Shown piece after piece: positions 12,872-21,965 of a stretch of 64,000 nucleotides of DNA; the stretch's first letter is position 1, and the number at the start of each line of letters is the position of its first letter. Location: NCBI GenBank assembly GCA_963840855.1, contig CAWJBB010000027.1:96001-160000 (forward strand), read 5' to 3'. Below the pieces are notes generated by a model. It saw nothing but the letters and a program-made list of their open reading frames with translations, was not told where the DNA came from and ran no database searches. Both the position numbers and the translations under genes were made by a program. The DNA comes from an uncultured delta proteobacterium (GTDB lineage: Bacteria > Desulfobacterota > Binatia > UBA9968).

Positions 12872-13620
12872 GGACTGTCCTCCTTGATCTTGAGCCTGAT
12901 CGCGCCTAAAGAGTTGCCTCCATCGAAGACCGCCAATTGATATGCGCCGGAAGCTATGCGATCAAAGACGGCCGTACCGTTCCGTGCGAGATACGAAGCC
13001 TGCTCCCGCTCGCCGGACAATAGGCTAAATCGAAGCCCGTCGGCAAACGATCCCGACTTCGGCGTTACGTTAACGGAAACCTGACACAGCTCACCCTCGG
13101 TCCGTTCGACTTCGACAGTCACCCGGAAGTTTCCCAGATCTTTTGCGACCTGGACTGAACCGCCAGCGGGCGATATTCCTTTACCCCGGATCACGCCTGG
13201 CGCGTTTGCCAATACCAATTCGCCGGAGGTCGTAACCAGTGCAAGCGAATCTTTCGCCAATCGAACAACCAGCTCAAGAAAGTCTGGTTTGGGGGAGGTT
13301 CGATGTATGAGAGCCATTGCTCTCTCCACGACCGGTCGCGGGAGGCTCTCGTTGTCACCCGTTTTCTCGGCTGTATATGCGCCTACAATCTCCTCCAAGC
13401 ACAAAGCGCAAGCCGCTAAATGGCTCTCCACCTCACGCTTCTGGCTCTCGGCAAGATTGCCGCTTAAATAAACAGCTAGGTGTTCCTCGTCAAGACATCC
13501 AATCCGGCTGGGATATTTTCGCGCGCGGGGGAATATGAGCCGCAAAATCCTGCCAATCTGGTTTTCGTCTGATTCGACCACGGAACTCTCCTTCGGCTCA
13601 GAATTTTCACTGCCGGCCAA
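12868..13620 (-). CDS. Anti-sigma factor with zf-HC2 zinc finger
   Basis: C..EEHLAVYL...ESHLAACALC (HxxxCxxC). Directly downstream of the ECF sigma gene and overlaps the next gene. Confidence 0.8.
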   Translation of the reverse strand: MAGSENSEPKESSVVESDENQIGRILRLIFPRARKYPSRIGCLDEEHLAVYLSGNLAESQKREVESHLAACALCLEEIVGAYTAEKTGDNESLPRPVVERAMALIHRTSPKPDFLELVVRLAKDSLALVTTSGELVLANAPGVIRGKGISPAGGSVQVAKDLGNFRVTVEVERTEGELCQVSVNVTPKSGSFADGLRFSLLSGEREQASYLARNGTAVFDRIASGAYQLAVFDGGNSLGAIRLKIKEDSP

Positions 13621-13644
13621 ATAGACGGGAGATCCCGTGGGTTC

Positions 13645-14230
13645 TTACACGAGCGGATTTTTTCTAAGGACTTCTCGAAGCTTATCCAAGACGCGGCTTT
13701 TCTGGGTGTAGACCGCGCCGACGGACATCTTGAGAATCGCGGCTATCTCTTCTGGTGGCAGGGCTTGGCGAAAAGAAAGCTGGATTATGAGCCGCTCACG
13801 AGGGGAAAGGGCCATCTAAGAGCTTGCGAGAAGTGATCATCTCTTCTTCCTGGTCAATCAAAGAATCGGAAGCGTCGGACTGCGTCGGACGCGAGCGCTT
13901 CGGTAACTTCAACGGTCGGCGTTGGCTGTTTCCTCAGAAAATCGATCGTCAGTCGCGACGCGACAACTCGCAGCCAACTCGCGAGGGTACAACCACCGTC
14001 GCCGCTGAAATTGACTGAGCTTTCGGCAATTATCTTTGCAGAAGCGAAATGAAAAACTCTTGGTAGAGATCATCAACGGCGTCATCGCGGGACTCGGCAT
14101 GATGCAGGGTGAGAGTTTTCCGAATCGTGTGATAGACCAAGTTAGAATACTGCCGGACAAAGGTATCCCATGCGGCCTTCTCGCCCTTAACGCAACCCGC
14201 AATAAGACTCTTTTCCTGTTCGGTCATCAA
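13645..14230 (-). pseudogene. ECF-type RNA polymerase sigma factor with several frameshifts (possibly sequencing indels)
   Basis: Region 2: AWDTFVRQYSNLVY...DDLYQEFF and SWLRVVASRLTIDFLRK. Region 4: LSPRERLII...PEEIAAILKMSVGAVYTQKSR. The pieces lie in different frames. Confidence 0.8.
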
Positions 14231-14394
14231 CCCGGCTTCTTTGAAACCCGTCTCTCCGTCGGAGTGCGAGTATCATAATCGGTAGTATCATGACAAGGCG
14301 CACATTGACGACGGTCTAGGCTAACGACCTGCTCTTCTGCGTGTGGAGTGACCAGGCGGGAAAAAATGCTACCTCCGGGGGCCGCCAGGAGTGA

Positions 14395-14737
14395 GATTGG
14401 TCTTGGTCTTGAGATTCTTGTAAAAGCTCGCCATCAACTGCGCCGTTGACCTGTCTTCCACATTCCAAAGACTGGCGACAACCGACGGTGGGCCGGCGTA
14501 GATGAAACGCGCGAGTAAGACCGACCAGCTCGTCTCCGCTGGAAAGTTTGCCCAATCCCGTCTCGCAGGCGCTGAGCACGACGAGACTGGCTTTCAGTTC
14601 CATTCCGAAGATTTCTCTTACTTCGAGCCTGCCGTCTTCTTTTTCTCTTGGCGAGAAGAATTGCTGAGGCGAGTGGATCGTTTTCGCTGAGCTCCGCGTG
14701 TGTGGCAAAATGAAGAATGTCGTGCCGGCGTGATAGG
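14395..14737 (-). pseudogene. CHAT protease remnant (longer copy, frameshifted)
   Basis: HFATH..., LVVLSACETGLGKLSSGDELVGLTRAF, then IYAG...SVVASLWNVEDRST after a frameshift. Confidence 0.82.
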
Positions 14738-15621
14738 CGTTGAGCAAGAGGGCGGGGATCACTTGAGGTCGAAGGCGATTAGCTCGTAATCCGGCTCTTG
14801 TTCCGATATATAACTCCCCCTCACCCCGGCAACCTTGACGATAAACTTCGCCTCCGGAGCGTACCATAAGTGGCGGACCGTCAAGGTGTTATCAGGAGTC
14901 TGGCACGCACTACCAACGACACTGCACTTCATAGGAAGTCTCCTCGACCTTGAATGTGCCAAATGGACCTGCAGGCGTGTTGATTGTTTCGGTCCCGAGG
15001 ACTTTAAAGCTGAATTCCCGCCACTCCCCCGTCCCCGACGGGACCCCTCCAGCCCCACCCCCTAATTTATACCGAAATTTCCACGTCTTGTTGGCCGCTA
15101 GCGGAAACTCCATGGTCCGCTGCCTTAACAGGGACGTACGCACCTCTTTCCCATCCTCGGGAGTTACTTGCTTTATCAATACCAAGTTCTGATCATAATA
15201 CCGCCAGAGGTCCAATCCCCACGCGAAAACATACTGATCCTTCTCAATGGCACGGACGATCCGGCGAGATGTTTGACCGTCAGCAAAGCGCACAGTCCAC
15301 GAATCCCCAACCTTATATTTAGGCATCTCAGCAACCGTAGGAAGAACTACAGGGGGACGAGAGATAGATGCAGGCGGTTGTAGCTGGGCAATGACCGCGC
15401 CTGAGAAGCTTTGCTGCCTCCCCACCCTTCTCCTTTCGCTCGCCTCAAGCCGCGCTTCCTCTGTCCGGGCCTTCTCTTTAGCAATCCGCTCCTCCGCCGC
15501 TGACCTGCAGCTTGAGCCATCTCGGAGGAAAAAAGAACAAACAAGAGCACTGAGCCAAGGATATAGAGCCAATTCCTGGTAAGAATTAAATAGCTCACCT
15601 TGAGTCCACTTTAAGCCTATA
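14607..15621. repeat. Direct repeat of ~7817-8720 plus ~9940-10062
   Basis: Near-identical DNA by eye, including the upstream TTGAGTCCACTTTAAGC. The copy lacks the equivalent of ~8721-9940. Confidence 0.9.
14759..15598 (-). pseudogene. Degenerate second copy of the caspase-like gene lacking the C14 domain
   Basis: Same signal-peptide sequence joined near 15500 to the end of the coiled coil and the C-terminal domain. Contains frameshifts. Confidence 0.85.
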
Positions 15622-15724
15622 CAAGGATTCCGGTCAAGACTCAGTGGCTTGTCGGGGCGCCTAGAGTTCAGACCAGACAGACACGGCTTGACAATGCGGT
15701 CAAAGAATCAGATAATCAGATTAT

Positions 15725-16072
15725 ATGAGGCGCGCCAAAACCAAAGCATCCAAACGACCCAAGCGCCCGGTAAAAGAAACGCGGCGCATTCATTCTACGG
15801 CGAAAGGCAGCCGTGTCATCTCGGCGACCGAAGCGGCCCGCACCTTTTCTGAGCTACTCGACCGCATTTGCTATCGCGGCGAGACCTTTGTGATCGAACG
15901 CGGCGGAGAGCCGGTATGCGAAATGTCTCATGTTAAGCCACCGCGGTTTACGGGCGCCGATTTTCTGACTTTACTGCATTCTCTGCCAAAGCCTGATCCA
16001 GGCTTTTGGGACGCGGTACATGATTCAACAAGGCAGGAGCCTTCTGTCCCAGAATCGCCGTGGGAACGCTAA
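15725..16072 (+). CDS. Phd/YefM-family antitoxin
   Basis: ISATEAARTFSELLDRI...GETFVIERGGEPV. Overlaps the PIN toxin gene. Confidence 0.82.
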   Translation: MRRAKTKASKRPKRPVKETRRIHSTAKGSRVISATEAARTFSELLDRICYRGETFVIERGGEPVCEMSHVKPPRFTGADFLTLLHSLPKPDPGFWDAVHDSTRQEPSVPESPWER

Positions 16073-16461
16073 TCGATTCCAGCGTACTGATCGCCTGGGA
16101 ACGCGATCGATCCGAGATAGAGACCCAGCTGGGCGATTTTGCCGAAGAGGATTTCGCTATCTCGGCTATCACCGCGTCGGAATTGCTGCACGGGGTCCAT
16201 CGCGCGACGAGCCCTTCCCGGCAAAACCAGCGAGAAGCCTTTGTGGAGGGCTTATTATTGCGACTCCCGATAATCGCCTTCGATCTCATCGCCGCCCGCA
16301 TTCATGCCCGTTTGTCCGCAGAGCTTGCGCTGAAAGGAACCGCTGTGGGTCCGCACGACCTCATCATTGCAGCCACCGCTATGGCAATAGGTTACGCCGT
16401 GGCTTCACATGACGGGCGTAGTTTTCCGAAAATTCCGGGTCTGTCCTTTCGGCGCTGGTGA
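16060..16461 (+). CDS. vapC: VapC PIN-domain toxin
   Basis: LIDSSVLI, SAITASEL, HDLIIAATA and SHDGRSF acidic PIN motifs. Confidence 0.9.
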   Translation: MGTLIDSSVLIAWERDRSEIETQLGDFAEEDFAISAITASELLHGVHRATSPSRQNQREAFVEGLLLRLPIIAFDLIAARIHARLSAELALKGTAVGPHDLIIAATAMAIGYAVASHDGRSFPKIPGLSFRRW

Positions 16462-16501
16462 TTTGTTCTAGGGAGAGTCCAGTTGGTCGAATTTGGTCAA
16501 A

Positions 16502-17638
16502 TTACAATGTTAATTTTCCCGCATAACCCGTCATCTCGACGTAGCCTTCCCCGGCCACAGGTTTGTTCTTGAAGGTTCCTTTTACCTCCGCTGCTCCTTC
16601 CCAATACGTAACCCGTGTGCTTCGATTCGTGATCAGTTCTTGATCTTGAAACGCAGGGTTGATTGCCAATTCGATTTGCTCGGACGGAACGGCGATTTTC
16701 CACTTCATCGGATAGTTGGCGCCGCTCTTGGCGCTCTTCCAGCGCTCGAGGACTTCCACGTGGTAGTCATTGAGGTTTAGATGCCGAGTCGACCCATCGG
16801 CTCTTACCAGCGTGCCGCTTGCGTGGGCATCGATCGTGCCATCTTTGCGGCGCATAAGATAAAGCATCAATTCGGTCTGGTTATCGAGCTGGATGCTGAA
16901 CCAATCCCAGCCGACCTGTTCAGAAGTCAATTGATTGCTGCCGAACTCGTGGTCCATCCACGTCAGGCCGCGAACTTTTTCTGTTTTGCCGTTGATCGAA
17001 AGCTCGCCCTCCGCCTGCATGCGCGTCAGAGAATAGTAATAGGAGGCGCGTCCCGCTCCTTCCGCCTTTTGACTGAGACCGTTTTGGCCATGCAGCGCGG
17101 GCGGCTTGAGCGAAGTCAAGCGAAGATTCAATCTCGATTGCCGGTCACTGACCTGAATGCGGTGATTGTTTGCATCCCCCTCGACTTTCCAATCTTCGTT
17201 CCAGACATGATAGCGATCCGCCGCCGCGCCGGCCTTGTCGCCGTAGCCGCGATTGATGCGTTCGCGGAAAAGAAATTTCTTGGCGGCGATATCCGACAGG
17301 GCGAAGTGCGCCATATACAGGTCAGTGAAAATGACCGGGTGTTCCTTACGTTGCGGTTCTTGGCGGTCGCGCAGGCCGAATCGAAAAAACGTCACTTGAT
17401 AGCCGTAGCGCTTGCCGCCCGCAGTCTCCAGGTGTCCCGTGTAATACCACCACTCGGTCTTGAAGTCGGGATGCGAAAAATGATCGGCGGGAAATGATAG
17501 TTTTCGGCCCGGTAATGCGAGTTGGTAGGTAAAGCCACCCTCACCCTGCCCTCTCTCTGGCAGGGAGAGGGTTAAGATGGAGAGAAGAGCCCAAAAAAAG
17601 GTTTTTAAAAATGCTTTTGCGTTTGTATGAGATTCCAT
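16502..17638 (-). CDS. Secreted CrtC/AttH-like lipocalin-domain protein
   Basis: HPDFKTEWWYYTG, WMDHEFGS, GWDWFSIQL, YWEGA and GYVEMTGY motifs. Confidence 0.85.
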   Translation of the reverse strand: MESHTNAKAFLKTFFWALLSILTLSLPERGQGEGGFTYQLALPGRKLSFPADHFSHPDFKTEWWYYTGHLETAGGKRYGYQVTFFRFGLRDRQEPQRKEHPVIFTDLYMAHFALSDIAAKKFLFRERINRGYGDKAGAAADRYHVWNEDWKVEGDANNHRIQVSDRQSRLNLRLTSLKPPALHGQNGLSQKAEGAGRASYYYSLTRMQAEGELSINGKTEKVRGLTWMDHEFGSNQLTSEQVGWDWFSIQLDNQTELMLYLMRRKDGTIDAHASGTLVRADGSTRHLNLNDYHVEVLERWKSAKSGANYPMKWKIAVPSEQIELAINPAFQDQELITNRSTRVTYWEGAAEVKGTFKNKPVAGEGYVEMTGYAGKLTL

Positions 17639-17676
17639 ATTTGCAGAGGCATTTCCAGTAATGCTATAGGGAGCCT

Positions 17677-18507
17677 ATGGAAAAACAATACACGCGCCAG
17701 ACACTGCTCACAACTCCTCAGGAGCTGCAACAGAAACTAGGCAACGCCGATCTTTGCATCATCGATACTCGACCCGCGGAAGATTACGCACGGGGCCATA
17801 TACCCGGCGCGACACACTTCGATCTATTCGGGTTGAGCCTGGTGGATACCACCGAGGCGCCGCTCAAATCCTTCATGTTCATGATTCATCACGTCCTCGA
17901 GTTACGCGGTGTGAGCGCGGACAAAGAAGTCGTATTTTACGAAAATAACTCCGGCATGCGCGCGGCGCGTGGCCTGTGGTTTTTGGAATATTACGGCCAC
18001 CCCAACGCGAAAATGCTCGACGGCGGCATGAAAGCGTGGACGGCCGCCGGCTGCCCGGTTACCACGGAAGCGGTTTCCCCTAAAGCCGCGTCGTTGAAAA
18101 TCAGCGAGCGCCGCGACGTGTTAGCAACCGTCGATGATGTTCTCCAGGCGCTGAACAAGAAAGAGTTCTTGATCTTGGACACCCGCAGCAAAGGCGAGCA
18201 TCTCGGCACGACCGTCCGCGCGGCGCGCGGCGGCGCGATCCCCGGCTCGATTCACGTCGAGTGGACGGACAACTTGGATGCCGGCGGCAAGTTCAAATCC
18301 GTCGCCGAGCTGCAAGCGCTGTACGGCCAAGCCGGTATCACCTCGGATAAAGAAGTCATCTCTTACTGCCAGGGCGGTTACCGCGCGGCGCACAGCTATG
18401 TTGCGCTCCGATTGCTGGGATTTCCCAGAGTCCGTAACTACATCGGCTCCTGGAAGGAATGGGGCGACCGCGCGGACTTGCCTATAGAAACGCCCAAGGT
18501 GAAATAA
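17677..18507 (+). CDS. Two-domain rhodanese / sulfurtransferase
   Basis: IDTR...GHIPGA, LDGG, active site YCQGGYRA, YIGSWKEW. Confidence 0.92.
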   Translation: MEKQYTRQTLLTTPQELQQKLGNADLCIIDTRPAEDYARGHIPGATHFDLFGLSLVDTTEAPLKSFMFMIHHVLELRGVSADKEVVFYENNSGMRAARGLWFLEYYGHPNAKMLDGGMKAWTAAGCPVTTEAVSPKAASLKISERRDVLATVDDVLQALNKKEFLILDTRSKGEHLGTTVRAARGGAIPGSIHVEWTDNLDAGGKFKSVAELQALYGQAGITSDKEVISYCQGGYRAAHSYVALRLLGFPRVRNYIGSWKEWGDRADLPIETPKVK

Positions 18508-18547
18508 CGAAGATTAGAAGAATCATGACCGTTCTAGACGTACAAGC

Positions 18548-18647
18548 CGTTCCAATCGTTCAACCGCTTTGAACGGAGCGCCCGTCCTGAGCGCCGTGAA
18601 GCGAAGTCGAAGGACAGCGGTTGAACGACTTGAACGATTTGAACGAT
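18548..18647. repeat. Intergenic inverted repeat with 9-nt periodic arms (CGTTCAA.../...TTGAACG) enclosing a CCTGAG...TCGAAGG REP-like unit
   Basis: CGTTCCAATCGTTCAACCGC ... GCGGTTGAACGACTTGAACGATTTGAACG. Confidence 0.6.
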
Positions 18648-18728
18648 GAGGGCGTGAGCAAGGCGCGAAACCACAAGCAATTGCCTCATTGAGTTCAGCA
18701 AAGCAATCGCAAATAAGGAGACATATCT

Positions 18729-19676
18729 ATGCGAACTTTAGACCTTCTCGCCAGCGACCCGTCCCACCTGCCGTTTCTTTTCGTCTTCAAGGAATCCAAG
18801 GTGATGGAAAAATATGGCTATGAGATCGATCTGCACATCGTCGGCGGCGCCAAGGCGCCAACCATGGCGCACCGCGCCAAGCTCGCGTTGGCCGGCGAGA
18901 TCGACTTTTTGAGCGGGCTTCATCACGAAACGTACCGCGAGCGCGCCAAGGGCGAAAAACGACTGACATACCTCGCCCAGGCGCAAAACAACTGGGACGA
19001 CCGGCTGGTCGCGGCGCCCGAGATCAACAGCATCCAAGACCTTAAGGGCAAGAAGATCGTCAGCCATTCCAAAGCGCCCTGTGTTTCGGGTAATCTGCGC
19101 GCGGTGCTCGAAGAATGCGGGCTCAAAGCTGAGGAGATCAACATCGAAGCGGTTGACGACTCCTCTGGCAGATTTTTGGATTTCGTCGATGACATCACTT
19201 CAGGCAAGGCCGCGGCCGCATTGGTGGACATGCCCTTCGACCTTTACGGCGTAAAGAAGGGATTGAAAATCGTGCCCTTGCCTGACCGGCCGGTGATTCA
19301 CAACACCACACTTTTGGCAACCTCGGACTACATCAAAGAGAACGAAGAAACGGTCTACGCTTTCCTCAAAGGCTTCATCGAGGCACTCCATTATTTCAAA
19401 ACTCAACCGGACAAGGTTGTGCCGATACTAAAGGCAAACTTGGCCAAGCGTTACGGATTGGAAGAGGACGAATACTACGCACACCTGCAGCGCGAGTGGG
19501 CGAAATTACTCTCGAAGAAACCCTATCCGCTGGCGAGCGCGATTCAAAACGTCTATGACCTCGACGTCGGCAAGGATCCGAAGATGCGCCATATCGGCCC
19601 CATGGAGCCGTGGGATCTGCACTATCTCCGGAAAATCGACGACAGCGGGTTTATCGACCAGCTTTACGCGTCGTGA
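18729..19676 (+). CDS. ABC transporter substrate-binding protein (NMT1/SsuA-like)
   Basis: IQDLKGKKI and ...AFLKGFIEA...DDSGFIDQLY pattern. No clear signal peptide. Confidence 0.7.
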   Translation: MRTLDLLASDPSHLPFLFVFKESKVMEKYGYEIDLHIVGGAKAPTMAHRAKLALAGEIDFLSGLHHETYRERAKGEKRLTYLAQAQNNWDDRLVAAPEINSIQDLKGKKIVSHSKAPCVSGNLRAVLEECGLKAEEINIEAVDDSSGRFLDFVDDITSGKAAAALVDMPFDLYGVKKGLKIVPLPDRPVIHNTTLLATSDYIKENEETVYAFLKGFIEALHYFKTQPDKVVPILKANLAKRYGLEEDEYYAHLQREWAKLLSKKPYPLASAIQNVYDLDVGKDPKMRHIGPMEPWDLHYLRKIDDSGFIDQLYAS

Positions 19677-19679
19677 AAG

Positions 19680-20537
19680 CTAATTGGACGTAGCGACATA
19701 CATCGTGTCGTCGCGCAGAATAAATCCAGGCGGATTTCCACGTCTGGACACGACCTCGAGCCAGTCACCGTCGGAGCGCACGACGTTGATTCGGGTACCT
19801 TTGTTGACGCGAGAAATCACCCGGGAGGATTCCACCGGCTGTTCGTGCACTTCCGTCGCCCTTGTGGTCTCATAGACCCCCGGCTCCGCCGGGCGCCTCA
19901 CGGGGCGGGACGGGGCCGGCGCGCGCTCCACGGGACGCGGTTCGCTTCTTGGCTCTACCTGCGCCTGGCGCGCGCTGCGACGATCTGGCTCGCGGTTGCC
20001 ACCGCTCAATCGCTGTCCCGCCGCGGCCTGTTCTTTCCGGCTTTCCTCCAAACGGGCTTTGAGCGCCTCCGCCTCCTTAACACTTTCAGCTGCTTCCTGG
20101 CGCACTTTGGCAAGCTCGGCTTCGACGGCCTTGACATGCTCCTCTTTGATCTCCAGTTGTTTGACTTTTTCGGCCAAAAGCCGGCGCGCATCGCCGGATT
20201 CGTCTCTTCCCAGCATACCCGTACCGAGCAACGCCGCGGCGATAACGCAAAGAACGATACCGGCGATAAGCATGATTTTTGGCATAGTCGTTTTTTCCCG
20301 TCGCGACGGTTTCATCTCCCGTGGCCGTTCGTCGCGGATCAGCCACTCCGGTGACGGCGCCGTGTCCACCTCCGCTTTGCAATATGGGCAATGCGCGCTG
20401 TCCTCGGCGATGCTATTGGCGCAATGAGGACAAAGCCGGCTCGAAACCGCGCTCACTTCGTGCAACGACCGGCCATCCTTGGTGCAAAAATTGAGGTTAT
20501 CGTCGTACTGTGCTGAGCACTCAGGGCATTGTTTCAT
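19680..20537 (-). CDS. Double zinc-ribbon, TM, coiled-coil and SH3-like protein
   Basis: CPEC...CTKDG and CPHC...CPYC zinc ribbons, TM IMLIAGIVLCVIAAALL, C-terminal GTRINVV...DWLEV...GFI. Confidence 0.7.
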   Translation of the reverse strand: MKQCPECSAQYDDNLNFCTKDGRSLHEVSAVSSRLCPHCANSIAEDSAHCPYCKAEVDTAPSPEWLIRDERPREMKPSRREKTTMPKIMLIAGIVLCVIAAALLGTGMLGRDESGDARRLLAEKVKQLEIKEEHVKAVEAELAKVRQEAAESVKEAEALKARLEESRKEQAAAGQRLSGGNREPDRRSARQAQVEPRSEPRPVERAPAPSRPVRRPAEPGVYETTRATEVHEQPVESSRVISRVNKGTRINVVRSDGDWLEVVSRRGNPPGFILRDDTMYVATSN

Positions 20538-20800
20538 GGCAAACATTGTTGATCGTATGGCGCAGTCCGTCAAGGGATATGGCGCGATGATCGTTAGACG
20601 GCTCTTGCTCAATGCTGTGAACAAACGGCTCAAAAAATCTCCGATCCGAGGTCGCCGGAGCATTCCCATCCATCGAAGATCGCGAATGGGGGATCGAAAA
20701 TCGCCGACTTCTAGCGAAAAGGCGTTTTAGCCGCCTGCCAGGCCCTGTCTTGCCCGCGCTACAACCTTAGGCTATAGAACCCTGAAAGGAGTTTTCCGAC

Positions 20801-21742
20801 ATGGCTCTGATCATCAGCGAAGCGCAGACTCAAAGACTGATCGACATGCCTCAAGCGGTCAAACTCTTGGATCGAATTTTCCACGACCGCGCCGCCGGCA
20901 AAATGCGTAGCGTGCCGCGCCGGCGGCTCAGAGGCAGCGACAAACAGCTCAATATGATGGCGGCATGGCATCAGGACGTGGATTTGATCTGTCTACGCTC
21001 CTACGCGGCGGCAGCGAATACGATCACGCTCTACAGCGGGCGCACCGGCCAGATCCAGGCGATCATCAATATGGGTTACTTGAGCAGCCTGCGCACAGGC
21101 GCCGCAACCGGCGTGGCGGCGAAATATCTCGCGCCGGCCTATTCGAAAACTCTCGGCATTATCGGTCCAGGCTGGCAGGCGACGTTCCAAGTCCAAGCGG
21201 TGGCCAACGCCTGTTCCATCGAGCGCGTCGTTGTCTGGGGACGCACTCCGAAGCGCCGCAAAGACTTCATCAAGCGGATGAGTAAAATCGTCAAAGCGGA
21301 CTGGCGTGAAGCCCTATCCGTCAGCGAGGTCGAAGCCGAATCTGACATCCTCGTCGTCTCGACGGACTCGACCACCCCCGTCGCCCACGGCGCGCATCTC
21401 AAAGAGGAAGTTCTGGTCGCCTCCATCGGCGCTAACGCCGCGGTCAAGCACGAAATTTCCAACGATCTCATCCGCCATATGAACTACATCGTCACCGATG
21501 ATTTGCCGACGGCAAGAGGCGACAGCGGCGATCTCATCGCGGCCTGCGAGTTCGGCATCCTACGCTGGGACGGCATCGTACCATTGGACAGCGTCGTCGG
21601 CCACGGCGCGCCCCACCCGCGCCCTAAGCGAATTCTCTTCCAGTCCAACGGCATCGCCGACGAGGACCTCGCCGTGGGTAAGTACGTGCTCGACCAGGCA
21701 AAACGAAAAAAATTGAAGCTCAGGCGCGTCACCGAAATCTGA
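20801..21742 (+). CDS. Ornithine cyclodeaminase / mu-crystallin family protein
   Basis: LRTGAATGVAAKYLA, GIIGPGWQA, SIGA and FQSNGIADED motifs. Confidence 0.88.
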   Translation: MALIISEAQTQRLIDMPQAVKLLDRIFHDRAAGKMRSVPRRRLRGSDKQLNMMAAWHQDVDLICLRSYAAAANTITLYSGRTGQIQAIINMGYLSSLRTGAATGVAAKYLAPAYSKTLGIIGPGWQATFQVQAVANACSIERVVVWGRTPKRRKDFIKRMSKIVKADWREALSVSEVEAESDILVVSTDSTTPVAHGAHLKEEVLVASIGANAAVKHEISNDLIRHMNYIVTDDLPTARGDSGDLIAACEFGILRWDGIVPLDSVVGHGAPHPRPKRILFQSNGIADEDLAVGKYVLDQAKRKKLKLRRVTEI

Positions 21743-21965
21743 CGAGCACGACGCGGCGGTTGTCGAATGGGAACTCGGCCCAATATTCTAGTTTATTTAA
21801 AGGGTGAGTAAGGAGCGGAAAGTGCGGATTATGGAAACGGATGAAATCAAGGCGCGGTGATGCTAGCTTCTCTACAATGGCAACCGCAGCGTGGATGCAA
21901 AAAAGTGCGGCGGCATCTAAAACAACTGGCCAATCCTTGAGTTTACGCAATTCCGTTGAGATTCT

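Noticed and set aside
10127-14230. CHAT plus sigma as a type III-E CRISPR (Craspase) locus
   Set aside because: No Cas7-11, no array and no TPR-CHAT Csx29 architecture.
7973-15598. Repeated C-terminal region as a diversity-generating retroelement (TR/VR)
   Set aside because: No reverse transcriptase in the window. Differences include non-adenine changes and block replacements, and the repeat is far longer than a TR.
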